Shown: positions 37,258 through 51,800 of the stretch, one piece after another | Position numbering within the stretch: position 1 is the first letter of the stretch | How the letters are laid out: each line of letters starts with the position of its first letter | Virus record (IMG/VR): IMGVR_UViG_3300020048_000102 | Length of the DNA: 64,000 nucleotides | From: an uncultured virus (IMG/VR IMGVR_UViG_3300020048_000102) | Lineage: Duplodnaviria > Heunggongvirae > Uroviricota > Caudoviricetes | Strand: one strand, 5' to 3' | Notes under the pieces: generated by a model | Databases searched by the model: none | Seen by the model: the letters and a program-made list of their open reading frames with translations, nothing else | What the model was told of the DNA's origin: nothing | Position numbers and translations under genes: made by a program

Positions 37258-38187
37258 TTATGCTGGATTAGTCACTGTGACTATTGGAGTGCCCCAGGTA
37301 TTGACAATGTTAGCAGTAGACGGCTGTCTAGCAGTTGCTGTTACGCTAAACGTACCGGTAACTGTGTCTGGACTACCTCCGCTGGTATCATCAGTGAATA
37401 CTACTGTCATGACAACAGTGTTTGATGTTCTAAGAGCAGTAACGGTAACGCCGTCGTTAGTGTAAACTCCACTACCGCTTAATTGTCTGAACATTGTCTG
37501 ACTACTTCCTGTTAATTGGTAGTATCCCTGTCTATTGTAGATATCGGGAGCAAGTCCACCACCGCCAATTTTTGTAAATCCAGTAAGTGTTGTTCCGGCA
37601 ATAGTTTGGGTAGTATTAACTGCCGGCAATACTAGAGTGCCCACGTCACTAGTAAGTGAGTTCCATGTCGTGTCCTGTGGAGTTACTACAGTTCCGGTAC
37701 GACTAGTTGTGATTCTAATAGTTCCGCCGGCGTTAAAGAAGTATCTTGCTTGATCTGAGTTAGAGAACGTTAAAGTAATAGTGCTAGTTAATGTTGTTAT
37801 TCCTACTGCACCGCCCCAGTTTCCTGTTCTAGATCCAGTTTGAGTGATGTCTGTTCCTACCGCGGCAGCGTTTAATCTACCACCGTTAACTGAGTTTAAA
37901 TTTGTTTGAAGAGATGAGTAAAACTGAATTAAACTTCCCGCTGTTGGAGGAGTTATTGCAGTGATCGATGTGCCCTGATGGGCGGCGGCTGAAGCAATAG
38001 TGTTTACTAACGATGACCAATTAAGGTCATCTATCGTATCGCCTACATTAACGTTAGATAGGGCAGTTTGCCCGTACCCGCTGTCGGTTGTTCCTGTTGA
38101 CCAAATAGTATTTAAGTTTGGGGTCGCTGTACTTACAAAACCATTGTAGTCCGCTGCTTGTATTAACCCACCTACGGCATATGTCAT
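37258..38187 (-). CDS. Virion structural protein, paralogue 2
   Basis: 309 aa, collinear with the neighbour along its whole length. Confidence 0.7.
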   Translation of the reverse strand: MTYAVGGLIQAADYNGFVSTATPNLNTIWSTGTTDSGYGQTALSNVNVGDTIDDLNWSSLVNTIASAAAHQGTSITAITPPTAGSLIQFYSSLQTNLNSVNGGRLNAAAVGTDITQTGSRTGNWGGAVGITTLTSTITLTFSNSDQARYFFNAGGTIRITTSRTGTVVTPQDTTWNSLTSDVGTLVLPAVNTTQTIAGTTLTGFTKIGGGGLAPDIYNRQGYYQLTGSSQTMFRQLSGSGVYTNDGVTVTALRTSNTVVMTVVFTDDTSGGSPDTVTGTFSVTATARQPSTANIVNTWGTPIVTVTNPA

Positions 38188-38210
38188 TTTCTTATTCCTC
38201 GATGGGTCCT

Positions 38211-39026
38211 TTAAATCTTAGCACTGACTGCGGCAAGTACCTTACCCTTTTCATCAGTAAACTTATTTTCTAACGCCCGACCGATAGTGTTAAAGTTATT
38301 TGCCTCTCCACTTTTTGCTGCACGAGCATATCCTTTTCCTGCACTTACTAATCTATCGCCTTTCATAACTTGACCAACGACTTTTACCTGTACTCTGCCA
38401 GTCATAGCAATAGCTGGGTGAGTCACGTCATCTCCTGCCGTAGCGTTCATTAAATATCCAGCTGTATCACTGATAACTCCAAACACTTGTTCACTAAGTT
38501 CAGATTCTACTTCTGTGATTTCTTTGGCTCCGCCCATTTCCATAACTGTGCCTGGTTCATAATAGCTATCAGACTCAAATCGTTCTGCCAAGTCAGCATA
38601 ACTAGCGTTCCATCTTGAACCGGCAGTTAATGTCCAGTTACCGGTCACGGTTCCAGGAATTGTAGGACCACCGGTGCTAATATTGTCAGTAATTAATTGA
38701 TTTTCTACAATCAAATTACCAACAGTAATATCGATATTTCCGCTGCCGCCACCGCTACTAACGACAGTTGCCCAGTTTGGAGTAGCGTTGCTACTAACGT
38801 TTAACTTTAGATAGCGACTGGTAGTATCAAACCAAGTCTGACCTGGTATGGGATTGGCTGGAGGAGTTGATGCAGCGAAGTTTTCTAACAGTGATAGTAA
38901 CCCTTGATCAACTGGTTGACCATAACCGGCATAGTTACGACCAGGTAAATTCAAACTAGTTTGATTGTTAAGTGTAGTATCAATGACAGTTATCGTGCCT
39001 AGAGAATAGGTTAGGGTGTATGCCAT
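38211..39026 (-). CDS. Short fibre-like protein: anchor domain + peptidase-G2-like C-terminal domain
   Basis: LLENFA...PIPGQTWFD N-terminus and YADLAERF...GRVQVKV...IGRALE C-terminus, as in 16583..18976. Confidence 0.75.
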   Translation of the reverse strand: MAYTLTYSLGTITVIDTTLNNQTSLNLPGRNYAGYGQPVDQGLLSLLENFAASTPPANPIPGQTWFDTTSRYLKLNVSSNATPNWATVVSSGGGSGNIDITVGNLIVENQLITDNISTGGPTIPGTVTGNWTLTAGSRWNASYADLAERFESDSYYEPGTVMEMGGAKEITEVESELSEQVFGVISDTAGYLMNATAGDDVTHPAIAMTGRVQVKVVGQVMKGDRLVSAGKGYARAAKSGEANNFNTIGRALENKFTDEKGKVLAAVSAKI

Positions 39027-39067
39027 AATTATTAATCCTTTATTAACTTATTTATCATTTAAAATTA

Positions 39068-39685
39068 TTAAATCGTCACGAGATTGGTTAATGCCTGAAT
39101 TCTAACTGTGTAATCAATTTGAATTTGACGATTAAGTGATTTTTGTATTGGGTGAAAGATAACATGAGTCAGCAATCGTGTTCTAATATTACCGTCACCA
39201 TCAATTCCGTAATTACCTAATAGACCTAACTCGTCGAATGTGTATTCTCCATCCGTCTGAGTTCCGTTATCGAAAGCCATTTGACCACTTGGCTCTCCGT
39301 AATCCAACAGACACTGAACTAGAATATCTGTGTATGTTTTGCCATTAACGTGATTTACAATCATTTTATTTCTAGTAGGGTCTGTGTTGGATAACAGGGT
39401 ATCATCTACAATTTTTGCGTAGGTTTGATTGTAAAGCGCGGCATTTTGACCAGTTGTGTTAGGTGGTAAATATGTGATCAAGCCGGTAGCATCAATGCTG
39501 GCACCACCGTTACCAAAAGCCATTTGATAAATTGCTCCGTAACCACGATCACTGACTGTTAGTGCAAGTGACTCAGAAAAATTTTCGTAGTTTATGGCAT
39601 TTTTCTTATCGACAAATACCTGGCCCGTGTTGGGATCATAAATCTTTAGAAAACCCTGTATGTCTAGTGTAAATTGTGTTTTCAT
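39068..39685 (-). CDS. Putative baseplate/tail-fibre attachment structural protein
   Basis: KKNAI, MAFGNGG, FDELGL, LTHVIFHPIQKS..RQIQIDYTVRI; position between the giant baseplate gene and fibre genes. Confidence 0.6.
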   Translation of the reverse strand: MKTQFTLDIQGFLKIYDPNTGQVFVDKKNAINYENFSESLALTVSDRGYGAIYQMAFGNGGASIDATGLITYLPPNTTGQNAALYNQTYAKIVDDTLLSNTDPTRNKMIVNHVNGKTYTDILVQCLLDYGEPSGQMAFDNGTQTDGEYTFDELGLLGNYGIDGDGNIRTRLLTHVIFHPIQKSLNRQIQIDYTVRIQALTNLVTI

Positions 39686-39697
39686 ATTGTTGGCTCG

Positions 39698-39847
39698 TTA
39701 GTCACATCTCATCTGTAATAATACCTGCTTTGTTTCTGGGTCAGTTATTTTCAAACTGCTACTGAAGTAGAAGCCGGCATTTTCATTCGGCTTCTTTTCA
39801 TCAGTTTCAACTGTATCAGAGTCAATAAGTTTTTTATTTTCATTCAT
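39698..39847 (-). CDS. Small hypothetical protein (49 aa, below cutoff)
   Basis: Manual translation MNENKKLIDSDTVETDEKKPNENAGFYFSSSLKITDPETKQVLLQMRCD; its LKITDPETKQV resembles LKIYDPNTGQV at the start of the next gene; GATAAATA upstream. Confidence 0.65.
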   Translation of the reverse strand: MNENKKLIDSDTVETDEKKPNENAGFYFSSSLKITDPETKQVLLQMRCD

Positions 39848-39863
39848 AATGTATTATTTATCG

Positions 39864-42800
39864 TTACGGAATAGTTCGTTTTAAGAACTCAGCCGCCTCA
39901 GTTGAACTATCGTAGAGTGTACCGTTATTGAATCCTTCGTTCCATGATCCGTCGTTCCATGGTGGAATGTTCCAACCGTCGACTCCATACCACCACTTAT
40001 ACCAGTCATTATCCGGTAATCTATCTCTATCGAGAACACTCTGAACTCGGGTTCCGCTGGCTATGAAACTATTAGTTATTGTTCCCTTACGCCCACGAAG
40101 TAGTCCGGTTACTGTATCGTTGTCTAAGTCAATACTAGTAAACTGTATGTATTCACTATCAACTAGTAACATATTACCAAAACACGAAGTTACTGTTATC
40201 GTTGTTGGAGTAGTAATACCATCAATCTGTAATATTATCGTATTGGCATTATCATCTTGGGTAACTGTAAACCCGTTTGGAATACTTAACTTAACACTGG
40301 TTAGTGTTCTAGTGCTTCCACTAATTACTGCTCTGCCAGTAGAATTGGTTGTAACTGTCTGTGTTCTGACAGTTACTAGTTTACTAGCATCATCTACATA
40401 GAGAACATCGGCAATACTATCAGTACTTACAAAATCTCGAACTAACGTAGTTCTGGTATATTGATTAGTATTGTAGACTGTACCGAATCCTGCCTTGTTT
40501 ACAGATATTCTAAAACTTAGTTCTACGCCAGCGGTAGTAACTGATAAATCAAGTTCGTCAGTTACTACTCCTGGAATTAATTCTTCCGGACCATATCCCT
40601 GGGCGAATACACCGCCTTGAACATCATACACGGTTGGATTAGTGTTGGGGTCATATGTAAAGTTGGGACTAGTCAAGTTAGTATCATAGTCAAATGTTTC
40701 ACGAGTTCCTGCCCAGGTTTCGATATCCCATGTTGGAATATCCCAACGAATGCTATCGTAATTAAAGGGTGCACCCAAGAATGTTGCGTCGGGGTATTCT
40801 ACTCCAGTCATTAGTTGTCGAATATCACGACCTGACATATTGATTGTCGGACGATAAAATGCTGCTATTCTATCAGCGGCATTAATAGTATTACTTCCGC
40901 TATCTACCAACTCCCACTTAGCGTAATCAAAACTAGTATCATTATTACTTACGATACAGCGATACAAACTGTTAGCGTATGATACTAAACTTTGATCAAA
41001 TGTAAATGGCTCTGCCAAGAACATAACATCATTGATATCATAGTCAAAATCATTAGGATTCACTGGCTGTGTAAATCTACTATCATAGTAGAGTTCTACT
41101 TCAGTTTCACTAACTACTTTGACCCAGTAATCTCTTGGATCAACCCACGCTTTTACAGTCTGAGTAAACTTGTCCCATGCCAATAAACTCCACGGAGTTG
41201 AACTCCACGGATTTCTACGATACCCAGGATCTTGTTGAGCCCAAGCAGTGCTACCCCAGCCACCTACTCCAAACGGACGTCTTGAGTTGTAGGTTCTACG
41301 ATACAAAGTCACTCGTTGTCCGTTGAGTTGTCCTGGTGCTACCGTTGTTTCGCCGTAACTGATATCTAATCTTACAACCGAAGATACATATCCTACCTCT
41401 ACCGTTGATTCTATTGGAAACACAGCACCCTGTGCGCTTGCCAACAACTCGCTATCCCAATTTTCGCCATCCCAAGCCAAGTATTCCCAGGGACTGGTGC
41501 TATCCGCTAATAGTGTGCTACTTGATAGTTTCCCTATGTCGCTAAATTCTCCAGCATAAAATCCACCAGGAATCCAGGTAGTGACCTGACTTCCGTAACT
41601 GGTTCTATCGAACTTGATTGTAGTAATGTTTTCTCTAACTGGCTGACTAGTGGTAAATGCCGCTACTCTGGCAGTGACTGTCAAGCGATTATTAGTTCCC
41701 AGTCCCTGAGATATCAGTCTGACTCTTGAATCGTCTGTTAAATCCCGTTTATCATAATCTAACGAAGAACGTAATGAACGATAGAGTGCAATAGTGCTGT
41801 TATCTATTACTCTTACATAATAGTAGTCACCAGGAATTAGTCCCAACGGTTCAACGGTTTCTTCACCATAGGCATAAACTACAGGATCTCCTGTTTCAAA
41901 TTGATGGCCCGGTATTGTGATAGTATTGAATGTAGTATCTACAGCGCTGCTTGCAAATGTTCCAAAGATGGTACTACCCTCTACCACTATCTTAGGAGTA
42001 ACCGCGTATCCTGCTCCACCATTAATAACTTCTACTGATAATAAACGATCACCCGACATTATTGGGTTTAATATCGCGGCGGTTCTCGGTGAAGGAAAGA
42101 TAGATTGATCTATTGTTGCCACTATTTCCGGAGGTTCTAAATATCCACGTGCTTGATCAAGAACTATCGCCGATGGCATAATTATGTTAACCGAAGTTCC
42201 AGCGTAATGTACACTAGCCGGTGTTTCGACTCCTCTCGCGACGCCCAATAGTATGTTATTCACTCGATCAATTCTATCGTAACTAATCTGTTCTTGATCT
42301 AAAAATGCAAATCCACTATCCGGCATTCCATATGAATTTTTAACTGGGATTTCCAATGCTTGACTATTGATGTAGTTTCTAAGCGTGGTGACCGTGTAGA
42401 GACTTTCTCCTAGATCGATTGATAGACCATAGTTATTAAACCATTCTGAATATTCTTGCTGAGTCCATATCGGACTTTCACGATCATATTCATAAACGTT
42501 CTCTGATTGTCCATACACTAATTGAGGACTAATAAACTCTCCAACAGATTGATTGTATTCTGCCGGTAAATCAAAATCAGTAATGTTTCCTGGATATGGG
42601 TCTAGACCATCATACACGAAAGAAAAGTCTTTTATTCTTACATGAAAAGGTTTAATTTCATTTAAGTATCCTGCTAAAAATTCTTGATTATCTCTCTGAA
42701 ATTTCTTGTAGGGAAATAAGTCACTAACTTTATGACTGACATCAATTAAACTAGTTTTATTAAGCCATGGCAAGTAATTCTGCTGTAGTAATGCCTCGCT

Positions 42801-45800
42801 AACAACATAGTTAAACATCAATATCAAACTATTGTTTCGTTCAATTAACAAATCATTGGTGTATGCCTGTTCATTTAGCCAACGAATTATCCAATAAGTT
42901 TCTGGCGCAAGTGTGCTTTCCCATGTTTCTTCGGACCAACTATCACTATCCCACCCAGTTTCTTGTTCGTAAATACTCGGCAATATCTGAACTGTTCCGT
43001 TTTCCAGACCAATACGAGTCCAGCCAACAGTTTCAAAATAGATCCAAACTTCACTATTTCCACTACTGTTAGCACGAACGCGAACTACCAATCCGTCTAT
43101 CAGTACTATTCCAAATCTTTCAGTAAATGGATTTGTTTCATTTGGCTGTAGTCGTTGTAGATCACTAACTTGATCAACTTCTAAAATAATTTTTGTATCA
43201 CTGCTGTACCCAGGTGCCCACCAATCTACTAATCTCCAATAGCGTCTTGTGTCATAAGTGATAAACTCATCAGAATTTTCATCAGTAACTATTACATCAG
43301 AACTCCACGGAAATTCATCCCACCCAGTCATATCCCAATTAAATTCTGATGTAACATTTGTTCTTACTAGTCCAAATTTATTCAAAAAGTATAAATCACG
43401 ATTCTCGGCAATAGGGAATTTTATCAATAATTCATTGGCATATTCAATGTAATTCTCTAATGCCAATTTACGATCTCTAAACATACTTTGCGGATAATCT
43501 GTGCCGTACTTTAACAATTCTGGCAATTTAGCAGATGGTATGTATGTTCCCTGTGTTGTTTGTCCAGCAAAACTATCGATGTATTTTAAGTAGAGTCCAG
43601 TAGGATTTTTATCAATCGTTGTAGGAAATCCCGATAGGAAATCATTAACATCATTCTGTTTTATCAGAGTCCACTGTTCATGCTTATCATCCAGTGTATC
43701 AGAAACATTATATCCAACGTGAAGTGCGCTAGAGTTAGCATTGATAATCTGTTCACAGTTAACTAATCCCATGACATTTGTTGTAACTGGAACTAGATAT
43801 GATATGCCACTGGTTTGTGGATCCAATATATATTGTGTTACCGATGTCGAACTTAAAGTTTTTCCTGGTGGAATATCATCTAGGTTTCTTACCCAGAAAT
43901 AATAATATGTAACAACAGTGTTAGTAGATTTATCAACTTGCTGATTTATATTGTAGTTGTCGAAATTTACTACGAATCCAGGACCTGGATATTGAACCGG
44001 AGGAACTGTGCTCGATATCCAAGTGTAAACATCGGCTGTGCTTCCAGGAAATGCCACGCCCCAATTACTAATGTTGTATTCGTAATCTGGTTGATTGTAA
44101 TTCAACATTCTGAGATTTGTAGTATCTAACCACATTCTTCCCAAATACAAATCAGTCCATTCTTCTCCAACTCTATATTGAGCAGGGTCGACTGAGCTAA
44201 CGTAATCCAGGTTTGTTTCCAATGCGCCAAATAACTTTCCTTGAACCGGGTCTATGTAATCTAGATACTCTACATTCTGATTAGTAATAATATCATAAAT
44301 CGATATGTTGTTCAATCTGTTGATATTCACTTGTGCTAACGGTTGTTTATCAATATACCAACTACTTGATTGGCAGATAGCTCTGAATCCAGTAACTCTG
44401 CCATTACCATTTAAATACCAGTCCGGTGCACCAACTACGATAACTCCGTCATTATGAGCAACGCTAGTACCAAATAGTGGTTCAAGTCCAATATCAGTAG
44501 TAGTGTTCAACTGACAGTACTGACCAAATACGTATTGTCCAGGATTGACTATCGATTCATCAGCAGATGGAAGAAAGTCATATTCATAAACAACTCCGCT
44601 GTTTTCAAATTGATCAACAAATGTAGTTGTTCCCTGATCAAAGAATGTGTAATTTTCAAGAACTCTTGGCTCACAAACTAAAGTTTCATCAATTGTTTCC
44701 TGACTCCATAACGCGGAATCCCATGGTTTAACGTCCCAACTATCTGTTATTAATAGTGTATCAGTGTAATCAAATGTAGTTTCGCTAATACGAGTAGCCG
44801 TTGGAGCAGATACGGCAATACTGTCACGTTGACTCATTGCTATCGCAGAGCCAAATAATCCCTCGGTAGCATAAGTCGGGCTAGTAATTCTCTGAGTGTT
44901 AGTGTAAAGAATTAAACCTAAACTATTCAATACTGATTGCTCAGCAGTGATATCGATAATATTATTCGCAACTTCAACAGTATCATTGATAACTGATATC
45001 TGAAGTGTTTGATTAAATGCTCTTGCTATAATATTCGTAGGTGTTTGCTGATTGATTTGTTCTGCGACCGCCGAGGCTGAACCAGATATTTGAACACGAT
45101 ATCCATCTATAAACAGTGTTCCTGAAGCAGAACCTGTAGTCTGAGTTATTACTGAGCCGTATTGCTGTCCGGAATTAATGTAACAGTACACAGCACCCTG
45201 TACATTAGATTGTTCATTTACTGTTGCCACTTCATAGGGCGCGCCAATTAATATTTGTGCGCCATACTTACTAGTGGCTACGCTTTGTCCAAATAATCCT
45301 CCAGTGATCGGTCTACTACTAACTAATTTTTGCTCTAGTGTAAAATGACCGTAACTAATAGCGATTGTACTTCCTAGTGGCGGAGCACTTCCGAATTCCA
45401 CTGTTCCTGCTGGATTGACAGTTACTGCTCTTGTTAATCTGTCATCAACATAAACATCTGCTATTCCATTTGGAATAGGATAATTAACAGAGTAAGTACT
45501 AGCAAATGACCCAACTCCGACCATTCTTTCAACGCTTCTTGTGTAAATGTACGCCGCCCCACTATTACTAAATGCTATCTGAGTTCCAGAAGTTAAATCT
45601 TCACTAGGTGCTCCAACGATTAATTTAACACCATCAATTGAGGTAGCAATACTTGTTCCAAATCCCGAGGCGGTTGTTGGACCAACTATTGTGTCGACAA
45701 ATTGATATTGTTCGTTGGCATCAAGTGAGTATACTGATACTGATCGAAGATCGCTATCAGCAATATATAGCCATAATCTATCTCTACTTACCGCTATCGC

Positions 45801-48800
45801 ACCGGTATTGATCTGATTGATAACTTGTGTTTGTAATAGGGTATTTTGACCTGGATTGACAGTGTAAACAAAAACTCTACCGCCAACAGTATCACTGGCA
45901 TAAACCCAGTCATCAAATACCTGAACCTGAGTTCCCAGTGTGCTTCCTTCTTCTCGTACAATCTCAGATACTATTTGACCAGTTACACTGTCATTAAAAT
46001 AGTGATAGAGTAATCCTAGTGTTGGATTTCCAGCAATGTATCCAACCTCATCACTGTATCCAACGCTTGCTCCTATTTTGTTAACTTGAGTAAAACTCGG
46101 CAGCGGGACTTCTCTTTCAAGATAGATAGGCGACGCTGCAAGAACGGCCCAGTTGTTGTTGAATTCATCAATCCAAGACAAACGAGTGTAAAATTCACTG
46201 TTGGGTATCGTGCTGTAAACCTGATCACTAGCCTGTCGGAATCTTCTGTTAACTAACAGAAATGATGTTCCTACTCCGACAATTTTTAAATCATTATTAG
46301 CTAAGGCAGATGCTACAATAACTGAATTCGTTGATGGCAAATCTAACACTTCGTAGAATCCATTAACTCGTTGATCAAAACCAACAACTGCAAATGGGTC
46401 GTTAACAGCCAGTCCATGAGGCGTGCTAAACGATAGTGTCACAGTGCCGTCAAGATTATTGATAACTTGTCTTACTTGATTATTCATCGATTCTACACCA
46501 AACACCGCCCAACTTCCTCTGTAGTTGGCTACCCAAATAGTATCACCTCGATACAGTTCATCTACGTTGAACGTGTCGTCTGATAAATCAGCTAAGGTAT
46601 ATGTAGAAAACTTAACATCTGATAAATTTACATATCCGGCAGTTGGTAGTCCTCTTTCTGTTAGATAATTAGATTGATATTCTGGTAGAAAATTAGGAGT
46701 TAGTGGAGGACGCTCGTAATTTATTATTTCGCTCAACGAGTATGTTTGATTTACTCCCGGTATTGCGCCAGTATTACTAAAACCAATAGTAGTTGGGTTT
46801 CCGGTTAACAGCGTCTGTGATAGTACGACTTCTACAAAATTGCTGCCAAGTATTGCGCCAAAATCAGCGCTCTTGATTGCCCAGTTTTCTTTGACATCGT
46901 AGTCAATTTGACCTTGAATTAGGTTGGCTTTCTTGAACGCGTTAGCTAATAAATTTGTTCCTTTTTCTTTTACGATATTTTTGTATACATTAATTTGGGT
47001 AATATCACTAAGGTCGGCATCTGCCAAATATTGTCTTGGACGATAGCCAATTAAACTAAATGATAATAAATCAGTGTCGTTTTCAAGGTTAGCACGATAG
47101 CTATCATAGTAATACAAACTCTCAAAAGCATTAGTGCTTGGGTTAGGCAGTAATCCTACTTTTATCTGATCGTAGTCCGTTTCTACCCACAATTCTTTTG
47201 AGAATTCTGCCTGAGGTTCGATCAACCGATCCGCCGTCCAATACTTATCTTTGTAAGTAACAATCTTGCCCTTGGCATATTTGACATTGGGTTCCCACTC
47301 TTGAACGTTATCTTCATTTAGTATGAATCCCTGTGCGTCAACATATCCACGCCATTCTCCAGTTTTCCATCCCTGTAACAATAATCTATTTTGTCTAAGT
47401 CCAGTTACTAAATTATAAATTGTGTCATTGAAGATTGTGTAATTGTCAAAAACAACTGCATGCTCCATGCTGGAGAGATTTAAATTAGTGAAAGATACTG
47501 TGTCACCAGTGTTTAATACTTTAACAGTAAAACTTTCTTGCTCTCGAATAATAGTAGCATTTTGAGATTGAATCGGAACTAAATTTTGATTAAGAATAAA
47601 ATTCTGTTGTTGAATATTCAATGGTTGAACTATTAGTCCCTCTCGATTGACTACTGCTAATTTTGCAGCAGGGTTCAAATTAATAATGCTGCCGACTTCC
47701 CACTGCTGTTGTCCCCAGTTGATAAATTCCAATATCATCTGATTCCAATCATAAGCAAGAGAATCTTCTATGTATTCAAAAATCATACCCTGAGTTTCTA
47801 AGTAGTTTCCATAACTGCGTAAAAATTCACTGACTGCTTGTAAGCTGTAGAATAGGGTACCGTAGGGAACAATCGCTGTCCTGCCTTCGAAGAAGTCTTT
47901 ACTGACTTCAACATTAACGTTGTTAACAGTCAGGGTTTCTTTTAGACCTGGTTTTGGAACACTGACCGTAAAGGTAGCACGATTTTGACTATTGCCCCAT
48001 ACCGTGTAACCATCTTGTGTTTTTTGAACTATCACTGAACTGTAAACGATACGATCTTCTGGTACGTTGTCGTACAATAAAATCTGGTAACTGTCGTCTG
48101 GTATCAATAGACTGGTATTCTGAGTATTTGGCGTTGACTTTTCAACCAGGAACTTCAAATAGTTTTTATCACTAAATCCTGCCAGTCTGTAAACTAATCT
48201 GACATCAAGATTACGTAGAGTATTGGTAACTTCATCAGTGCCGTTTACGCCACGTTGATTGATGTAGTCTACTACCCAGTTGATGTAACTGTGTTTTGCT
48301 ACTCCGTTGCCATATACTTCTACTTGCTTTGGATTTAAATGATAGCGACGGTTGTATAGATATTGATCAAATTCTGAATCAAATTTATATAAATCTCTAT
48401 CTACAAACAAATTAAAAAACTTTGCTGGTTTAGTTAATGCTAATATTCTCATTAAGTCAAATGGCCAACTGCTACTACGTAGATAGGTAGTTTCAGCAGG
48501 CGCTTGATCGCCAACTACCCAGCCTCGTCTGAATGTCAAACTGTTATAGTTTGCTACCACGCTGCTAAGTGGAGATATTAGATTTCCCTGAGTATCGACT
48601 GGCAAAATTTCTAGAAGACCTGGACGAATCTTTTCAGGATTTATATAACTGTCACCATTATTCCATACAAATCCGCGACTGATTTCTTCCCACATGTATG
48701 TGTTGTCGCTAGTGTAGGGTGCCGAACCATATCTTTCAATCCACCATGTTGGCTGATTTACAAGACCCAACATTGTCCATGGCTCCATGGCAGGATTGCT

Positions 48801-51800
48801 AGTATCATAAAACCAACTGTAGATACCGCGCCAATATCCCTGCTGTATCAAACCATTATTAAGTTTATTAGTGGTATCTGTGTAATTATATGTAAATTCA
48901 TTAGAACCGTTATAAGTTTGTGTTTTATAATCGATTCGATTTTGGCCGACCCAATTTAAAAAATTAGTTCGATAGATATCCAAGATATCATTTCTAGTAT
49001 AATCTGTTTGTCTAAATTCTCCTGGTATTACCTCGTCTGCTGGCAAAGGAATAATTCCAGTAACTTTTAAATTATTATAAATTCTAGTTTCGAATTCTAA
49101 TAGTACTTTATCTCTAAAATCTGTCAGTTGCCCGTCAGTGTATTCTCCATACAACTTGTTGTAACTTCCATCATGGCCTAAAATAAAGTAGGTAGGAGTG
49201 GTATAGGTATTATCTAAAATTACTCCTGGAATGTATGCTGGATAGAGACCCATCTTTGTCGGAGTATTAGGACAGTAGGTACCGTAAGTTTGATTGTATT
49301 CTTTTACCGATATAATATCGTCGGGAATTAACTCGTAATTTATGGTCACCGTGGGCGCAAATTCACTAACTACATAATCAACAGTATTAATCAGTTGAGT
49401 TACGGTAGTTACATTATTCGTAGTTCTTGTTACGTAAATTCCTAATCCACTGTAGTTGGCACTAGTAAAATCATAGATTTTTCCTAATGGCAACGTTATC
49501 TGAGATATTATCGCTGTTATGTCATAGTTATTGTTTCTATACGGGCTACCACTGAATAACATATCACTCCAAAAGAACGCATTAGAGGAGTTTTTTGTAG
49601 TAGATATTTCATAGATAATAGTATCTAGCATCTGAGATGCTGTGGTATAGATATTAAAGTCATTATTGTTGGTTAAATCCACCAATAAAGTTTTGTAGTT
49701 AGTGTACTCATTACTATTAAACTGTAGTGCTTCAAATAGATTCAATCCAGGTTTTCTTAAAAATACACCTGGTAATACCAAACTAGCACTGTTTTGAATA
49801 ATCGCCGTTCCATATCTTGTTAAATTTTCAAGATTGTAAATATTGTTTGGTCCAAATAACTGACCTGTGATTCCAGGAGCATTACTAAAAATAGTTCTGT
49901 ATTGATTTTTTAAATCTCCAACATCAACAGTCGTGATATTGTCGTTAAACGGATTGTTTTGTAAATTACTGGGTACCTGATAGTAGGCAGTTTTACTAAC
50001 AACATCACTTAGTATCAATATTGTAATCTTATCGCCAGTTAGCGTAGGAATTTCTACATTTACAAAAGTTTTATTATTTTGAGTATCAACAACTGAGTTG
50101 TAATTAACTGTGTCTAAGATGACATCGTTATAATAAACCTGTACAGTTCTCCAATCAGAAACTATTCTTGCCGGAACATCACAAATAAAGTTAGTTTGAT
50201 TATCCGTCGTTACATCAAATTCAAAAACTTGATATTGTACGCTGGGATCTGCAGCCACGACCCAGCCTGTTCTTTTAATTGGCAAATCTTCAAGTTCGAA
50301 ATAATTTACAAATCCGATATTAATATTTTGCTCAGTAATACGTTGATCAATATAATAGGTAAAAGTATCAGAATTTAAATTGACCGTAAATTGAATGTCT
50401 CCGATACTAACGGCAGATGAATAAGAAATAGGAAATCCCAGTACTGGATCATTTGTTCCAGTTCCTGGAGTGTAACTGAATAACTTAGTTCCCTTAAATG
50501 ATGTACCGGAATAATACTCACTGTTACTCAATGATATTTCATTATTATCAACGATGTCGAATAGTGGAGGCTGATTGAGCGCCGTTTTTTGTTGAGCGAA
50601 TTCCCAACGACCCTGTTCGAAGTCTCTTAAAAATCTCCAAGCAGTTCCTCGATACTGTTCTCCAGCAACGATGTAAATTTGATCATTATTTCTAACTACA
50701 ATTTCATTACCTTCGTCTAATATCTCAACCCACCATCTTACTCTGGGAGCCGGAGTAAGAGTAATAACAGGTATGCTGCCTTGAGTTAATTGAACAAACT
50801 TAACTTGATACACTGCCTGTCTAACACTCTCATTGATATCAGCATTAAACACGACCGTTTGTCCTTCTACTATTGGCTGACCGTCAATTGTGTATGTGGT
50901 TTGTCCGACTACCTGGTCTAAAGCATCTGTTGTGGTGTTGTCGAACAAGTCGACAAATGTTAAAAATTTTGTTCCTGTATTGTACAGTCCTAAGTTTCCA
51001 TAGAATTCAATAATAGGTCGCTGTGCTCTAACAGGCTCATTTGAACTCTGATTAGTTACTCTACCATTGTAAAGTGTCGTTGCATTAATAACTTGTGCGT
51101 TAAACCAACGATTACTACGACTCCAAGCATTTCTATCTCGACTATTTCTATCTATTGTAATGTATTCAGGATTAATTGGAACAAATATTGATTGATCCCA
51201 AACTGTACTATCCCAAGGGTCTAAAGACCATGGATAGTAAATTCCCTCGCCCTCTACTTCTACTGCTAGATATTCATCTACTGGCAATAATTCTATCGCA
51301 GTACCAACTCCGGAAACATAATATTCTTGATTTTGATAGATAACGGGACTAACGTTACCTTCGAATATGATTTTTAATCCATTGATAAAAGTAACCCCGT
51401 TTGGACTGGTGTAATTTTGTCTGCCTATTATCTCATCAACGATGATTTCGTTAGTTTCATTAGAATCAACAATGTTGATGATGCCAACACTGTTGGGGTC
51501 TGTTCCGTCCTGATAATACAATCTATCTAAGATAGAACTAATGTAGGGTATTATTTGTATTGTTCCGGTATCATCACGATAAAAACTACGACCGACCCAT
51601 TCTTGTCCGCTGGTTACTGTAATTTTTTGATCGTTAATGATTCCGACAGATTGAATTAAGGTAACAATTTGTGTCCCTGAATCAACCGATATCGTGTAGT
51701 AATAAATCTGAGAACTCAAATCTCCGTTGTTGTAAAACATTAAAGTTTTATTGTTGAATTGAGTTACTCCGTCAATATTTCCTATTGATTCAACTGTTTG

